A DNA stretch of 64,000 nucleotides from Mustelus asterias. Taxonomy: Eukaryota. The notes below the pieces were generated by a model. It worked only from the letters and a program-made list of their open reading frames with translations. It was not told the origin of the DNA and did no database searches. Made by a program: the position numbers and the translations under genes. The stretch is from assembly GCF_964213995.1 (NCBI RefSeq), contig NC_135804.1, forward strand, positions 33,914,001-33,978,000, read 5' to 3'. Shown here piece after piece: positions 50,581 to 64,000 of this stretch. How positions within the stretch are numbered: the first letter of the stretch is position 1; each line of letters opens with the position of its first letter.

Positions 50581-52655
50581 CTTTAACAGAGAAACAAAGA
50601 ACCTCAATTAGACCGGGCGAAAAGATGGCGACAAGAATAAGACAAGATAGACGGGTCTGTTATTCAATCATGTTAAAGCACGGTTATTTCAAACAGAAAG
50701 ACAAATTATACAAAAGGCAAGCCACACATTTATTCCACTAATCAAAGATATCCTGCTGGGATATATGGCAAATGTGGCAAGCAGTGTAGAAACCTATAAA
50801 TAAAACATTACCAAAGCTACAAAACAAAACCTTTCTTTCTATAAAGATCAGAGGTAGAGTGACTTACTGAAATTCATGGACAAGACAGCAAATCTGCTGG
50901 GTTGGCAATAAATATTTTCCATTACTTCCACCCCTGAAGTCCTGTCAAACCCAAGCTAAGTTGCTTAACTCAGCACCGATCAGAGGCTGAACCTGGCCCT
51001 GCTTTGTCTGTTTGACTTAGTACCACAGTGGGCAGTAAACGCACCAGCTGAGTCATCAGGAAGATGTTATTGCATTTCTAAGGATTCATGACATTTTCAG
51101 GGGCTTGGCGCTAGATAAAGTAAATTATTTGTCTACTCCAGACCAGACAGAAACCTTTTTTTTTGTAAACGCTGGTGTGGAAAGAGGAAGAAAATAACCA
51201 CAGGCTCGGATTTATACCAACGGCAGTATTTTGGCAAGCTGCACGCTACAACATTTTTATATTCCTTTTTCCAAAATGGATTTAAAACATTCCACAAAAT
51301 TTAGGTGATATTTGATTTACTTGGTGGATCCTGCATTTGACTCTTCTCTGCACAAGTCTCTTTGAAGCTTTCGCTTCAGTCATCGGCCTAGCGGATCTGC
51401 GCTGGTTTAGATTAAATTGTCCAATTTGCAAAACACAGCAAGGTCGGCAATTCACAAAACATGGCAAACAACTCCTTTAATGCTCTGCTGGACTCTGAGC
51501 AAATCAAAAATCAATTCAAAGCCACGGAGAGTAATTTAAAGCCTAATTTTATTGCCTAACGAGTTTGCCATCAAATAAAAAGTGTAAAGCACTAATTACA
51601 GAAGATAATTCCAGAATTAATGGTGTTTTGCCCAGATTCAATCTATGACTACATCGATCACTGACTGGACAGAGCCAATTGGGTTTCTTCTACATCAGCA
51701 CATTTTCCAGCCTTAATTTCCAAGTGTAAATGTAAGCATTTGAAGAACTTATTTTTAAAAACTTTATTAGACCAGTCAGACTTCAGCACTTCAATTAAAA
51801 GAGCATGAAATAATAAGTGGTACATTTATTAGCACGAATCAACAGTTAACGTCAGTGTTGCGCCCCTCATACCTGCCACACTAAGAAATCAAAATATAAA
51901 AAAGTGCATTTAGTGCATTCATGGACGTAAGTATTGATATTCGCAAATCCCAAACAAAATCTGTTTGGGAAGAGGGATAAGGAGAATGGGAAAAAAAATT
52001 AAATGAGTGGTTTACCCAGTATTAAATATGGACCATGTAGACAAGTGATTTGTTCACATTACATCATACGAATATGCTTCAAGCCCAACCTTCCTTCACA
52101 AATGAGCTCCTAGGCAAAAATCTTTACAAAGCTTTGGAAGACAAATGCAACCAAATGAACCACACTGTTGTTCTTGCATTCAATACTGACATTTCTGACA
52201 GAATGAATGCGGCGAGGGAAGATCACCGAACTGTTTGTTTGATATCTTCAGCATTGGAAAGGGAGAAGCCCATCTACTTGATTAATTTGCCAGACGTTTT
52301 CCTAGCATTTTAATTAGAGAGAATCAGGTTTTCGTTGATCACTCACTTTAATTTTATTCCAAGATTAAAATTCTAACTAAACTGCAATCCATGACGTTAG
52401 GGATATTGAGTGCTAAATGTATGTTTCATTAATGAACCATGGGCCTAACAGCAAAGACTCCATAAGCACTGCAAGTGCTAAAATATCATTAACATTTGCA
52501 CTTGATTGTAATTCAAAAACAAATGTGTCGGTTTGCCCCAAGTGCACAATACAGTGGTGTACTACAAATTGGTACTGAGCTGTTGTTCACCCACACATTT
52601 CAAGGGAAATAAGGTAAATCCCTCACCACTTCTTCTTGCTGTGTCCCTTTAATTA

Positions 52656-53339
52656 TGATGTGGAGATGCCGGCGTTGGACTGGGGTAAACACAGTAAGAG
52701 TTTTAACAACATCAGGTTAACGTCCAGCAGGTTTATTTGGTAGCAAATACTATTAGCTTTTGGAGCGCTGCTCCTTCGTCAGATGGAGTGGAAATCTGCT
52801 CTCAAACAGGGCACAGAGATCACACTACAGAGATCACCAGGCGAGACTGTTCTCTTCCTGTGGGGGAGCACTTCAGCGGTCAAGGGCATTCAGCCTCTGA
52901 TCTTCAGGTAAGCATTCTCCAAGGCGGCCTTCACGACACACGACAGCGCAGAGTCGCTGAGCAGAAACTGATAGCCAAGTTCCGCACACAAGGACGACCT
53001 AAACCGGGATGTTGGGTTTATGTCACATAATCAGTAACCCCCACAGCTTGCCTGCTGGACTTGCAGAATCTCACTGGCTGTCCTGTCTGGAGACAATACA
53101 CATCTCTTTAACCTGTGCTTAATGCTCCCTCCACTCACATTGTCTGTATCTTTAAGACCTGGTTGGCTGTAGAGATTCGCATTCTAATCAGTATTCTGTA
53201 ACTTGATTTTGTGTCTCTGTGCCCTGTTTGAGAGCAGATTTCCACTCCATCTGACGAAGGAGCAGCGCTCCGAAAGCTAATGGTATTTGCTACCAAATAA
53301 ACCTGTTGGACTTTAACCTGGTGTTGTTAAAACTCTTAC
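52656..53339 (+). mobile_element. Truncated Penelope-like retroelement with inverted pseudo-LTR and 12-bp target site duplication
   Basis: Remnant of the GIY-YIG C-terminus (LPVGEHFSGQGHSASDLQVSILQ...RRVAEQKLIAKFRT). The 5' end (about 52670-52820) is the reverse complement of the 3' end. TSD TCCCTTTAATTA at 52644-52655 and 53340-53351. Confidence 0.8.
53247..53283 (+). ncRNA. Minimal type I hammerhead ribozyme motif in Penelope-like pLTR
   Basis: CCAT-CTGACGA-A-GGAGC-AGC-GCTCC-GAAA-GC-TA-ATGG: core CUGANGA/GAAA/UH, stem I CCAT:ATGG, stem II GGAGC:GCTCC, very short stem III. Confidence 0.7.
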
Positions 53340-54896
53340 TCCCTTTAATTAGCCATTGGTAACTGGATTATTGAATCCTTAGGTTTTCACTTGCTGGGAA
53401 AGCACACATTGCTTTGACAGGAGAACCTTCATTTTAAAAACAGACCTAATTGCCATAGCTTGGTCAACACCTGCCTACTACTAATAAAACAAATATTACA
53501 GCAAAAATAATGTTTTGCTTTAAGGAGAGTTAAGAGATCAGTGATTTCTTTCTATAACAGCACTGAAAACTGGCATATTTCTTATAAGAATCAGGCACAA
53601 AATCATAAAGGCTTATTTACAGAATGAGAATACTTCAGAGATATACATAAATGCATGACAGAAAATATATGATGGAGTGAACTATGACTGCAGCAGTTAC
53701 ATGAAATTAATTGTAATTCATGTAATCTTCCTTGGTTTAATTACACTGTTGAGTTTTAAAGATTATTCTACTTATAGGCATGTGGCTATTGATTAATAAA
53801 TGGCCATCTCAAAGTAGGAGAGAGGTGAGGATGTTTAAGGAGGAACTTCCAGAGCTAGGACTTGGGCAACAGAATGCTACCAAGGATGGAGTGCAGTAAA
53901 TTTGGGAGGTGTAATGGAAGTATAAATAAATGGCACAAGTTTTTAAAAAATCATGGCATTGCTGGATCAGGAGACAATATTTGATTCTGTCCTTTTGCCA
54001 GTGGAAACAGTTTCTCCCTATCCACACTTGTGTACATTTGATTTTAACCTTGCTCCAAGGAGAACTAGTTCATCCACATAATAGAAATATCTCTCTGGTA
54101 AATCTGCTCTGTATGCTCTCCAAGGCCTGACATCCTTCCTAAAGTGTGCTGCGTCCAGTATTTTTACTTTATTCAATCAGCAATTTTACAACTCAGGAAA
54201 AACATGGGCCTCAATTTATTTTGGGTTGAAGCCTGCACATTTACCAAAACACTATGGAAAGGGGCCCAATAGCAGCTGGAACACAGAGGCTGATGGAAGG
54301 ACAGATTATAACTTACATTTCTTCTGTGCTATTGCAAAGAAAAATGTGCACGCTTTATCGGATGTTGGAAAAGGTGAGCCAAGTAGGAGATCAAAAGAAA
54401 TTGGGATGAGGCAAGATCAGTGAAAAATGTTTTAAGGAGGCATTGTGAAACGAGGGGAGATTAAGGAGGTTACTGAAGGGAAATAAATAGTAGCTACAGG
54501 AAGAGTGGAACAGGGAATGAAGAGTACTCCACTGTTGAACACAACACAAAGTAAAGATATACAATTAACAGATCACTGAGCTAGTGGAGTCAAACCACAA
54601 GTTTTAAGGATAGGGTCTTTAAGTTAAGTTGAATGGGGAGATAGGAATGCAGAAGAGTGAATGGGTCAGAACACTTTGGCTATAGTTGTGGACAGTGGAA
54701 GCTTCAACATTGGGCCTCAAAATAACAGGAATTTCAGAGAGAAACAGGTGTGAAGGTTGAGGCAAGCAAACGTTTGGGAGGTGATAGAAAACAACAGACC
54801 AGACAGAGAAAAGAAAGCCAAAAACGTTGGAACGTTCTACCTTTTGGGTTTGGGGGCTCAGATTGTAGCTAGGAAAGTTGCAATTAAGGCCACAGC

Positions 54897-54938
54897 CATA
54901 TACATATATACATACATATATATATACATATATATATA
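54897..54938. repeat. (TA)/(TACA) microsatellite
   Basis: Run of ATAT/ACAT repeats. Confidence 0.8.
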
Positions 54939-55269
54939 AACTAGAACTGAACAGCATAGTTTCGAATAGGCTGCTTTGGAGGAAACATTCATCTCATCCA
55001 TCTCTAAATGTCAGATAAGCAAGTGGCGATTACAGAAACGGAAGAAATGTGGATTTAGGTAAAGGGGGGGGGGGGGGGGGGGGGGAGAAAGAGTGGGGAT
55101 GAAGAGTGAAGCTGTGGCCCGTCAGAGAGATGGGGAGAGGCTGAGATTAGGTTTCCATTCACGCAGGACCTATGTCATTGGGTCTGTTGACCGCTTCGAT
55201 ATAACAATAAGCCGTGTGCTGAAAATGGGGGTGGGGAGGGTTCATTAACTCCCCACCCTCTCTGTAAAG

Positions 55270-55510
55270 CACCCAGCGAGTCGCTACCGTTCCCGGGCCT
55301 GAAAGGAATAAAGAGGCGCACTCCAGCAAGGCCCGCGGCACTAAAGTTACCTACTGTCCATGGCGCGGCGCGATGACCTCACCCGCGGCGCATTGAAATG
55401 ACGTCAGGGAGCCGAGCGACCAATGGCGTTCTCGGTGCGCGGCGGCCGGGACACGATGACGCAGCGCGTGCGCCGGGGGACAAAGGAAACCATGGTTACC
55501 GGACGTCACA
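55270..55510 (-). promoter_or_regulatory. POP4 CpG-rich promoter with CRE/ATF sites and CCAAT box
   Basis: Local CpG enrichment. Perfect CRE TGACGTCA at 55399-55406, CCAAT at 55420-55424, and CRE-like TGACCTCA, TGACGCA (55457) and GGACGTCA (55501). Confidence 0.75.
55355..55361 (-). CDS. POP4: POP4 exon 1 coding part (ATG GAC A)
   Basis: Kozak-like GCCATGG inside a CpG-rich patch; donor |GTAGGT; phase 1 matches exon 2. Confidence 0.8.
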
Positions 55511-56634
55511 ATGGAGACCTTTGTTCCTGGGTGACAGGCAGACTCCACTGGAACATCATCCCAGGACACAACCTGACCCTGTGTCTGGCCAACTGGGAAA
55601 AAACCCTCCCACCCTCAGACACATGTATCTCTGGTGGGGGGTGTTGGGGGAGGACAGATCATTCTCTGGGGGTGGGGGGAGTTAATTCTATCCCATCACA
55701 TTTCTAATTCTGATCATTCCTGTTATAAATGCTACTTAGATTATATTTCACTTGCCATGAATGTTGCTTTCCCCCCCGCCCCCCCGACACCAGCAAGTTC
55801 AGAAGAAGTAGAAATTATCTTATTACCATTTTCCAAATTATCTTCTAAACTTGGAAACGCAGCTCTTAGAAAGTACTGCAAGTTGGCTGTTGCTAAACAC
55901 AATTGCAAAGGTTGTTGAATCGAGCAATGGTTATTTGTATATGTTTCATTACACAACTTCAATAAAGGCCTGGATATGTACCTCAGTGGATTTGGGAAGT
56001 ACGGGCAGCAGAGAGAAGGGATTCCACAGCTATAATAGTGCACGTGCACTTAATTAGTGAAACTGTCAAAGTACTCGGCTGTGAGTGTGTGAAACATACT
56101 GGGAGGGAGGCCCGATCATTCTCTGGGGGGTCGGGGGGAGGTGGGGAGGAAGGCCAGATAGATCTCTGGTGCGGGGGTGGGGCAGGGGGGTCCACTGCCA
56201 ATCTGTGGGCGATCGGTGGGGAAAAGGGGCAGAGGGTCGGGATCGGTCTGGGTAGCGGGGGTGGGGTGGGTGGACAAGGGGGAAAGTTATGTTGTAGGGG
56301 TGGGGGTGATGTCTGTGGGGATCATCGCTCCCAGGCCGCTTTCCCCGCTTTTTGAGGCCCGGGAGCGCTGTGACAGCGGCGCGATTTTCAATATTTTTTT
56401 TCTAACTGTGCATGCACAGTTCAGAGCTCCGATCGTTTCGGGTGCACTAAGCCCCACCCACAGCGCAATTCAGATCTGTGATTTTTTTTCAGGTTGAGTG
56501 CGTATGGGGGCCTCTGAAAGCAGATTTCCAAGTCGGATCTGAATTGCGCCCAGATTCAGCACTTAGAATGAAAATGGTAAAATTGGGCCCAGAGTACTGT
56601 GTATAATTTTGGGCCCCTTATTTGAAAAAAGATA

Positions 56635-57654
56635 TGGGGCGATATTCCCCCCAAAATTTTAAGTGTTGAATTTGCGTAAAAACTGGAGTTTTTTTTCAAC
56701 GGGAGTTTCAAAATGAATCTCCCACACAATGTGCACTGCAGAGAACATTAACGTGAATCCTATTGAAAATCAGTGGGCGTTGAAGAAGCCGGCAGCATAG
56801 TGGTGAGTGGGCCACTGCACATGGCCGATCTGTCAGCGCCAAGATTAGCGCATGTGCAGTAGCCCCACATTACTGGCCTCCCGATCACCAACCAGCCTCA
56901 CTACCTCTGCATCACCAGTTGGGCAACCCACCCACGTCCCGATCGCTGACCCCCACAGGTGTATCCGGTCCAACCTCCACCCCCCTCACCCCAGGCCGCT
57001 TGATCTTCATCCCCCCCGCAGCTCCAATCTCAAGATCCCCCCACCGGCAGCCCCGACCCCCCAGCAGGCTGACCCCCGATGCCCAGCCCCAATCGCTGGC
57101 CTCCCTCCCTCTGTCATTCAACCCGAGTGCAGAGTGGCAGCGGGACCCCGCACCCGCACCAATCGCTCCCCCCCCCCCCCCCCCCCCCAGAGGCAGTGCC
57201 AACGTGCCCCCGGGCATTACGACTTTGCCCTTTGGGCAGTGCTAGGGGCCCAGGGAGCACCCTTCCTGGCACTCGACATTCTGGGGGGCCTCAATTGCCC
57301 CTCTCCACTCCAGTGGGGTTGGGCCGCCAGCTTCTCGCAAGTGAGGAACTATACTAAACCCCACTGGAGTGCAACATTCCTGGTGGGGCGGGAGGTGGGG
57401 GGGAGGGTGGGGGGTGGGGGGGGAGGTGGAGACACTAAATCAGCATTTTATCAGCAAGTGATATTTAAAATTTATGGTAATGAAGCTTACCATAATTTAT
57501 GCAGCTCCATCGATTTCTGGTACCGGAAGTCCGGCTGCCGGAGACTCACGGAGGCCGTGGCGCCCAGCGGGGAGCCCGCAAAACGTCTTCTGCTCGAGTT
57601 TCCTGGCCCACTGCGCTGCAAGAGCAGTGCAGCGGGATGGGAGAATTGCCCCCA
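56635..57654. mobile_element. GC-rich MITE-like element
   Basis: Imperfect TIRs TGGGGCGATATTCCC ... GGGAGAATTGCCCCA; C-rich interior resembles 30700-31070 and 13680-14180. Confidence 0.45.
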
Positions 57655-57659
57655 TGATT

Positions 57660-58145
57660 GCTTCAGAAGCAGTTCAGAGGAGGTTCACTCAACTCATTTC
57701 TGGATGAAGGGCTGATCTTATGAAGAAAGGTTGAATATGTTAGGCTTATACCCATTGGAGTTTAGAAGAATGAGAAATGATCTTATTGAAACATATAAGA
57801 TTTTGAGGAGAATGGATAGGACGGGTATCGGGAGAATATTTCCTCGTGTGAGGAAACTAGAATGCGGAGACATAGTTTAAGAATCAGAAGTCTTCCTTTG
57901 AACACGGAGATGAGGAAAATTTGTTTTCTCTCAGAGGGTCATTAGATTGTGAAATTCTCTTCCCCAGAAACTAGTGGAGGCTGGGTCTTTAAATTTACTC
58001 AAGGCTGAGTTAGATAGATTTTGCATAGGAGATAAAGGAGTCAAAAGTTATGGGAGCCAGACAGGAAAAAGGAGTTGAAACCACAATCAGATTGACCACG
58101 ATCTGACTGAATGGTGAAGCAGTCTTGATGAGCCGAATGGCCTAC
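57660..58145 (+). mobile_element. Degraded CR1-like 3' fragment
   Basis: Nucleotide similarity to the other CR1 3' ends in the window. Confidence 0.7.
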
Positions 58146-58636
58146 ACCTAAATCCATCCTCCAAGAATTATTTTATTTCAGAGTCCATAATACTGACAAC
58201 CTTCATTCCTGATCTTAAATAAATGTTTATACAGCTTTTAAAAAAAAGAGGGAATGGAGACAGTGTAAGCTGGAGTTGCTGGAAACCCGTATCTGGTAGT
58301 CACTGATCTGTCACATCATTTTCAGGAAACTGGCAAACCCTGAATGCATTCTGACGAACAAAAGAAAATGGCGTCACTGTGAGGCACCAGGACAATCAAT
58401 GAATCAAAGGTGGATTTTAATTTGGATGTGTAAAAAGCACTAAACAATGGCTTACAAACAAAATGGAAAAATCATTAGATTTTGTGCAATTAACCACCTT
58501 TTTGCAAATAGAATATAAAATTGTTTATAACAGTGACAATCAGGTGCTAGAATGTCTCTGAGAAAAAAACATATTTCAAAACAGGCTATTTTAATCCAGG
58601 GTAATTATTTGATAGTGTACACAATCATCTAAATAT

Positions 58637-59790
58637 GAACAAAGAACAAAGAAAATTACAGCACAGGAACAGGCCCTTCGGCCCTCCAAGCCTGCACCAA
58701 CCATGCTGCCCGACTTAACTAAAACCCCCTACCCTTCCGGGGACCATATCCCTCTATTCCCATCTCATTCATGTACTTGTCAAAACGCCCCTTGAAAGTC
58801 ACTACCGTATCCGCTTCCCCCGGCAAGGAGTTCCAGGCACCCATCACTCTCTGTGTAAAAAATCTGCCTCGTACATCTCTTTTGAACCTTGCCCCTCGCA
58901 CCTTAAACCTGTGCCCCCTAGTAATTGACTCTTCCACCCTGGGAAAAAGCTTCTGAATATCCACTCTGTCCATGCCTTTCATAATCTGATAGACTTCTAT
59001 CAGATCTCCTCTCAACCTTCGTCACTCCAGTGAGAACAAACCAAATTTCTCCAACCTCTCATAGCTAATGCCCTCCATACCAGGCAACATCCTGGTAAAT
59101 CTTTTCTGTACCCTCTCCAAAGCCTCCATCTTTCTGGTAGTGTGGCGACCAGAATTGAACACTATATTCCAAGTGCGGCCTAACTAAGGTTCTATAAAGC
59201 TGCAACATGACTTGCCAATTTTTAAACTCAATACCCCGGCCGATGAATGCAAGCATGCTGTATGCCTTCTTGACTACCTTCTCCACCTGCATTGCCACTT
59301 TCAGTGACATGTGTATCTGTACACTCAGATCCCTTTGCCTATCAATACTCCTGAGGGTTCTGCCATTTACTGTATATTTCCTATCTGTATTAGACCTTCC
59401 AAAATGCATTACCTCACATTTGTCCGGATTAAACTCCATCTGCCATCTCTCCGCCCAAGTCTCCAACTGATCTGTATCCTGCTGTACCCTCTGATAGTCC
59501 TCATCGCTATCCGCAAATCCACCAACCTTTGTGTCGTCCGCAAATTTACTAATCAACCCAGTTACATTTTCCTCCAAATCATTTATATATATTACAAACA
59601 GCAAAGTTCCCAGCACTGATCCCTGAGGAACGCCACTTGTCACAGCCCTCCATTCAGAAACGCATCCTTCCACTGCTACCCTCTGTCTTCTTTGACCGAG
59701 CCAGTTTTGTATCCACCTTGCCAGCTCACCTCTGATCCCATGCGACTTCACCTTCTGCACCAGTCTGCCATGAGGGACCTTGTCAAAGGC
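58637..59790 (-). mobile_element. CR1-like LINE RT fragment
   Basis: [27 protein letters not shown]; (TTCTTTG) tail. Confidence 0.88.
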
Positions 59791-61851
59791 CTTGATTCTA
59801 TCTTCAAATATGATTCTATCTACAAAAGGACATTGGGGAATGTTTACAGAAGAACAATTAAAATGATTCTAAAACTTAGGGAGCAAAGCTTGTCTACATT
59901 AACAGTGGGAAGCAAGCTCAGAGCGAATATAACCAATCAGCGGCTGAGTTTTCACTGTGGTCAATCTTCTTTCCATTCAAGTTCACAGCCCAATAGTTCC
60001 AACTCTTTTTGGAGACTAATTTCCTGGACTCACTGTGTCTTTCCCTTAGCTTGAGACTGGAAATCTTAATGATATTTTCTAGGTCGCTGGAAAATAAAAA
60101 CTGGCAGAGTGAAAAATTGGCTGAAGATTCACACACACTGCTGGTGTGAACAAAGAACAAAGAAAAGAACAGTACAGAACAGACCCTTCGGCCCTCCAAG
60201 CCTGTGCCGATCATGATGCCCTAACTAAGCTAATGAAAAAACCTTCTGCCCTTACTTGGACTGCATCCCTCTATTTCCTCCCTATTCATGCACCCATCCA
60301 GATGCCTCTTAAATGTTGCTAATGTGCCTGCTTCCACCACATCCTCTGGCAGCACATTTCAGGCACCCACCACTTTCTGCATGGAAAAACTTCCCCTGCA
60401 CATCTCATAGAAACGTTGAAAATAGGTGCAGGAGTAAGCCATTCTGCCCTTTGAGCCTGCACCAACATTCAATATGAACATGACTGATCATGCACTTTCA
60501 GTATCCCACTCCCACTTTCTCCCCATATGTGGACCAGGTTCACCACCTTAGTATTTTCTGAAGACAGCTTACAATTGAATGTCTAAATTGAAGGGTAACT
60601 CATCTCCATACAAAGCAAAATAATATGGGGCAGAATTTTACATTCCCCAGCCAGCGGGTTTATAGGCTGGGTGTGGCCATAAAACTATTCAGATTGCCTT
60701 CCCACTGGGCTCTCACCTGCCCTGACCTCCCTGCAATTTTACAGAGGGATGGATGAGGCCTGGATTGCTCTCCCCACCTCAGCCCTTTCCCCAGTAGTGG
60801 AAAAGACCTGGCCAGTCTCCTATGTGGTGGAGGCACAGAGCTGTAGGGTGAAGAAGCAGGTCGACCAATTGCGTTAGAGAGTAGAGGCAGCTGTGGGAGA
60901 CAAGCCAGTGAGTTCTCTATCGGTTTCATCTGTACCAGTTTCTGAACTCGAGATTTCAACGTTTTCTTTAATTTCTTTTTGTATGCAATAAGTGTAATGA
61001 TTTTATTTGAAAATGTGAAATCTAGTGATGTGGTTCTGTCAGTTATTTACTGGGTGTTTGGATTTCTCTTTAACCATTAATAGTCCCCAGCAGGATTGTA
61101 ACAGTAGTCATTGTTGCTAAGTATCCACCCTCTGGTTTGATGCAGTAGTTACAGCGTTTTGTGGCAGGTTATCGGCATGTGACCTGCCTGATGCACTGAG
61201 TGTGGGTGAGCAGTAACTGAAAGATAAGCAGGTGGAAGCTCTTCCGGTTATGATGCATCTCAATAGTTGACATGTGGTATCCACAGAGCAGCATAATGGT
61301 GAAACCCAAAATCCTCCTGAGGCTATAGCGCACAGTCTGCTTGCTTCTCTCTGGCAAAAGAGAATGAAATGTATTCATAGCCCTTGGAATACAATGCCTC
61401 AGTGATTTCTCTGAAGCAAAGGTGGATGGTAAACTGCGAGATGTTGCAAATATCACCTACTCCAACTCGGAAGAGGTCAGAGGAATAACAGTTTGTGCCA
61501 TTGTAATTTTCACATCACCAATAGCGTCAAACCTGTACGACACATTGGCTGGCATCACAATCTGCCTATCTGTGTTGTCAAATGTATGTGTATATTTGTA
61601 TTTATATTGCTGGATGTTAGAAATATGGGATTAGATTTAAGTGAGTTTAATTTGGTGTTTCTGTGCAAGAAAGGTTAAAACTCTAGTTAAATTCATGTTG
61701 AACAAAGGTGTTTCCATGTTTGGGTTTTTTTGATTTCAGTTCAATCTGTGGCTGTATTGTGCTAAGACAGTGTACGATAGGAAAATAAACACAAGCTTGT
61801 GGAAAGAATGTGATATTGCTTAGCAACCAGTGGCCACTTTAAACTAAAGTT

Positions 61852-62148
61852 TATTTATTAGTCACAAGTTGGCTTACATTAACACTGCAATGAGGTTACT
61901 GTGAAAATCCTCTAGTCGCCACACTCTTGCGCCTGTTCGGGTACACTGAGGAAGAATTTAGCATGGCCAATGCACTTAACCAGCATGTCCTTTGGACTGT
62001 GGGAGGAAACTGGAGCACCCGGAGGAAACCCACACAGACACGAGGAGAATGTGCAGATTCCGGACAGACAGTGGCCAATGCTGGGAATTGACCCCAAGTC
62101 CCTGGCGCTGTGAGGCAGCAATTCTAACCACTGTACCACCATACTGCC
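61852..62148 (-). mobile_element. HE1-like SINE
   Basis: 7081 subfamily. Confidence 0.82.
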
Positions 62149-63430
62149 CAGGAAAGACAAACCTAGGAAGATAGAGAGAGAGAACAGCTTTCAGCTCTGC
62201 CAGCAGAAGGGCAAGGCACCTATGAAAAGGCAGACTTCCCAAAAAGCACACTAGAAATTAAAGAACAGCTGGTTATGGAAATTAGAGAATGAAAAGGTGT
62301 TTCAGGAAATTTGAAGTCAAAGGAACAAATAGAAACTGGAACTGGAACACGGTACTGTTCATTGAAGTCACAGACAGAGCTGAGAGGAAATTGACTACTA
62401 AGAAGCCAAAGATATCTAAAGAGGTTATAAGGCTTGTGATATCATACTGCAGATTGATAACTGAAGTAATTGTGGAGCAATTGGTGGCTTGATCTCAGAG
62501 TATGTGTAAAAGCTTAAAAGCATTTAAGCCAAAGGAATACTGAAAGGAGAGTTGGAAAACCTGGAAGTGGATCCAAGTTAGGAACATTGGAAAGAAAGCA
62601 TTACTTGAAAGAAGATTCTAACGTGTATCTTTTTGAGAGTGGAGTTTGGAATCACTTGTGTGAAAGCCAGAATCTGGTGAGATAAGTTGGCTCGAGGTGT
62701 AAGAATTATCTGGGGGAATTTGAGAATAAATCCACTGAAGTTCAATTGGGTGGCATCGGCCAATTGGTTTCAGAGTGGTGTGTCTGACCATAGTCAACTT
62801 GTGGGTTTAAAGAGACTGTGTGTTTACAGAGAACATTATAACATAAGCCAAATTTTGAACCTGTATTAGCCTTGAAATTTGTGAACATTTATGAAGGTAA
62901 ATGCGAATGAAAGAAAAGTATTATAGTCAAACATTTCATGTTTAATATTTTTTTGCTGTTGTTAGAAAGCTAATTGTCCTGTACCTCTTTTCATCCATGT
63001 TTTCTATAAAACTAATGTTATAGTCTTGTGTGCCAGAATTCCATTCGGGGATCTTTCCGTCCAGTAGTAACATCAATTGTGATCCTGACAGTATATTTGA
63101 CATATACACTCTGTGCCCACACTAATGCCTTGGCTCTATCTGCACCAGAAGTGTACATGCCCCAGGTGACTACCAACTTGGACCTAGAATGGCATCCATA
63201 TTTCTGAAAATGCAGGGGTCTGCACCCCATCCTGAAGTGGTTCGTCTGCTCTGAGTGTGAAAGGAATTCACTCAGTCATTCCACTTGCTAAGATACAAGC
63301 GGGTTCTTAAGTGAGGGGTTGGATTCTGCTGGAATTGCTGGTGGGAATCACATCCAGGACTGAACCATGCAGTTTGGGCTGACAGATTGCAATAAGCGCC
63401 TCCTTGGTGAAGTGGAGACAGCGAACACAT

Positions 63431-63559
63431 TGGCCGGAATTTTACTGTCCGACCCGCCACGGGAATCGGAGTGGGCAAGGGGTGGACCATGGAAAGATCC
63501 GTTGACCTCGGGCGGGATTTTACCGTTTTGGGACATGCGAGACCGTAAAATCCCGCCCA
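63431..63559. mobile_element. Short MITE-like repeat (related copies about 20625-20752, 21300-21422)
   Basis: Shared GGCCGGAATTTTAC...GTAAAATCCCGCCC quasi-palindromic structure. Confidence 0.5.
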
Positions 63560-63776
63560 CTGTTCCTTGTTGAGGTTGTGATAGGAAAATCGGTCCATGG
63601 CCCCAACTGAGAGCTGTTCTCCTCCTCCTTCTACGAAGAGTTTGTTCTCTTCTGTGCCATTTCTGCTCATGCTGCAGGACAAGGATGAGAGAAACTAGTA
63701 CAACAATGACCGAGAGAAGTAGTGAACAAATTCCTTGAAGTCAGAAGACCAAGGCTTTCGTGACATGCTCTCTAAT

Positions 63777-64000
63777 GGTGGCACGGTGGTTAGCACTGCT
63801 GCCTCACAGCGCTAGGGACCTAGGTTTGATTCCCGGCTTGGGTCATTTCTGTGTGGAGTTTGCACATTCTCCTCGTGTCTGCGTGGGTTTCCTCCGGGTG
63901 CTCCGGCTTCCTCCTACAGTCTGAAAGACATGCTGGTTCAGTGCATTGACCTGAACAGGCACCGTAGTGTGGTGACTAGGGGAATTTCACAGTAACTTCA
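63777..64000 (+). mobile_element. HE1-like SINE (cut by the window end)
   Basis: 7081 subfamily. Confidence 0.85.

Noticed and set aside
56852-57715. 287-aa proline-rich ORF
   Set aside because: Low-complexity reading frame within a GC-rich repeat element; no recognisable domain or splice structure.

Overview
Eukaryotic, repeat-rich genomic DNA, most likely from a cartilaginous fish (shark), judging by the HE1-like tRNA-derived SINEs and abundant CR1/HER1-like LINE fragments. Two spliced genes lie on the minus strand. (1) A complete 7-exon POP4 (RNase P/MRP subunit p29; 55361..35676, 219 aa) with a CpG/CRE promoter. (2) About 2.7 kb downstream, a chain of ten exons whose GT-AG splice phases all match and that reads as one open frame of at least 1222 aa: leader - IgV - IgC1 - IgC1-like - CARD - NACHT - 4 or more LRR, running off the window start. 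This is a B7/NCR3LG1/tapasin-like immunoglobulin module apparently fused to a NOD-like receptor. It has an ISRE/EICE-like element just upstream of the ATG, no transmembrane exon that I could find, and stop+AATAAA read-through options after both C1 exons that could give Ig-only isoforms. This Ig-NLR chimera is the main candidate novel system; the joining of the exons is inferred from phase compatibility and needs transcript evidence. The rest is SINEs, CR1 fragments, Penelope-like elements carrying minimal hammerhead ribozymes, a solo LTR, MITE-like elements and small duplications. Exon boundaries were read base by base; repeat boundaries are approximate.
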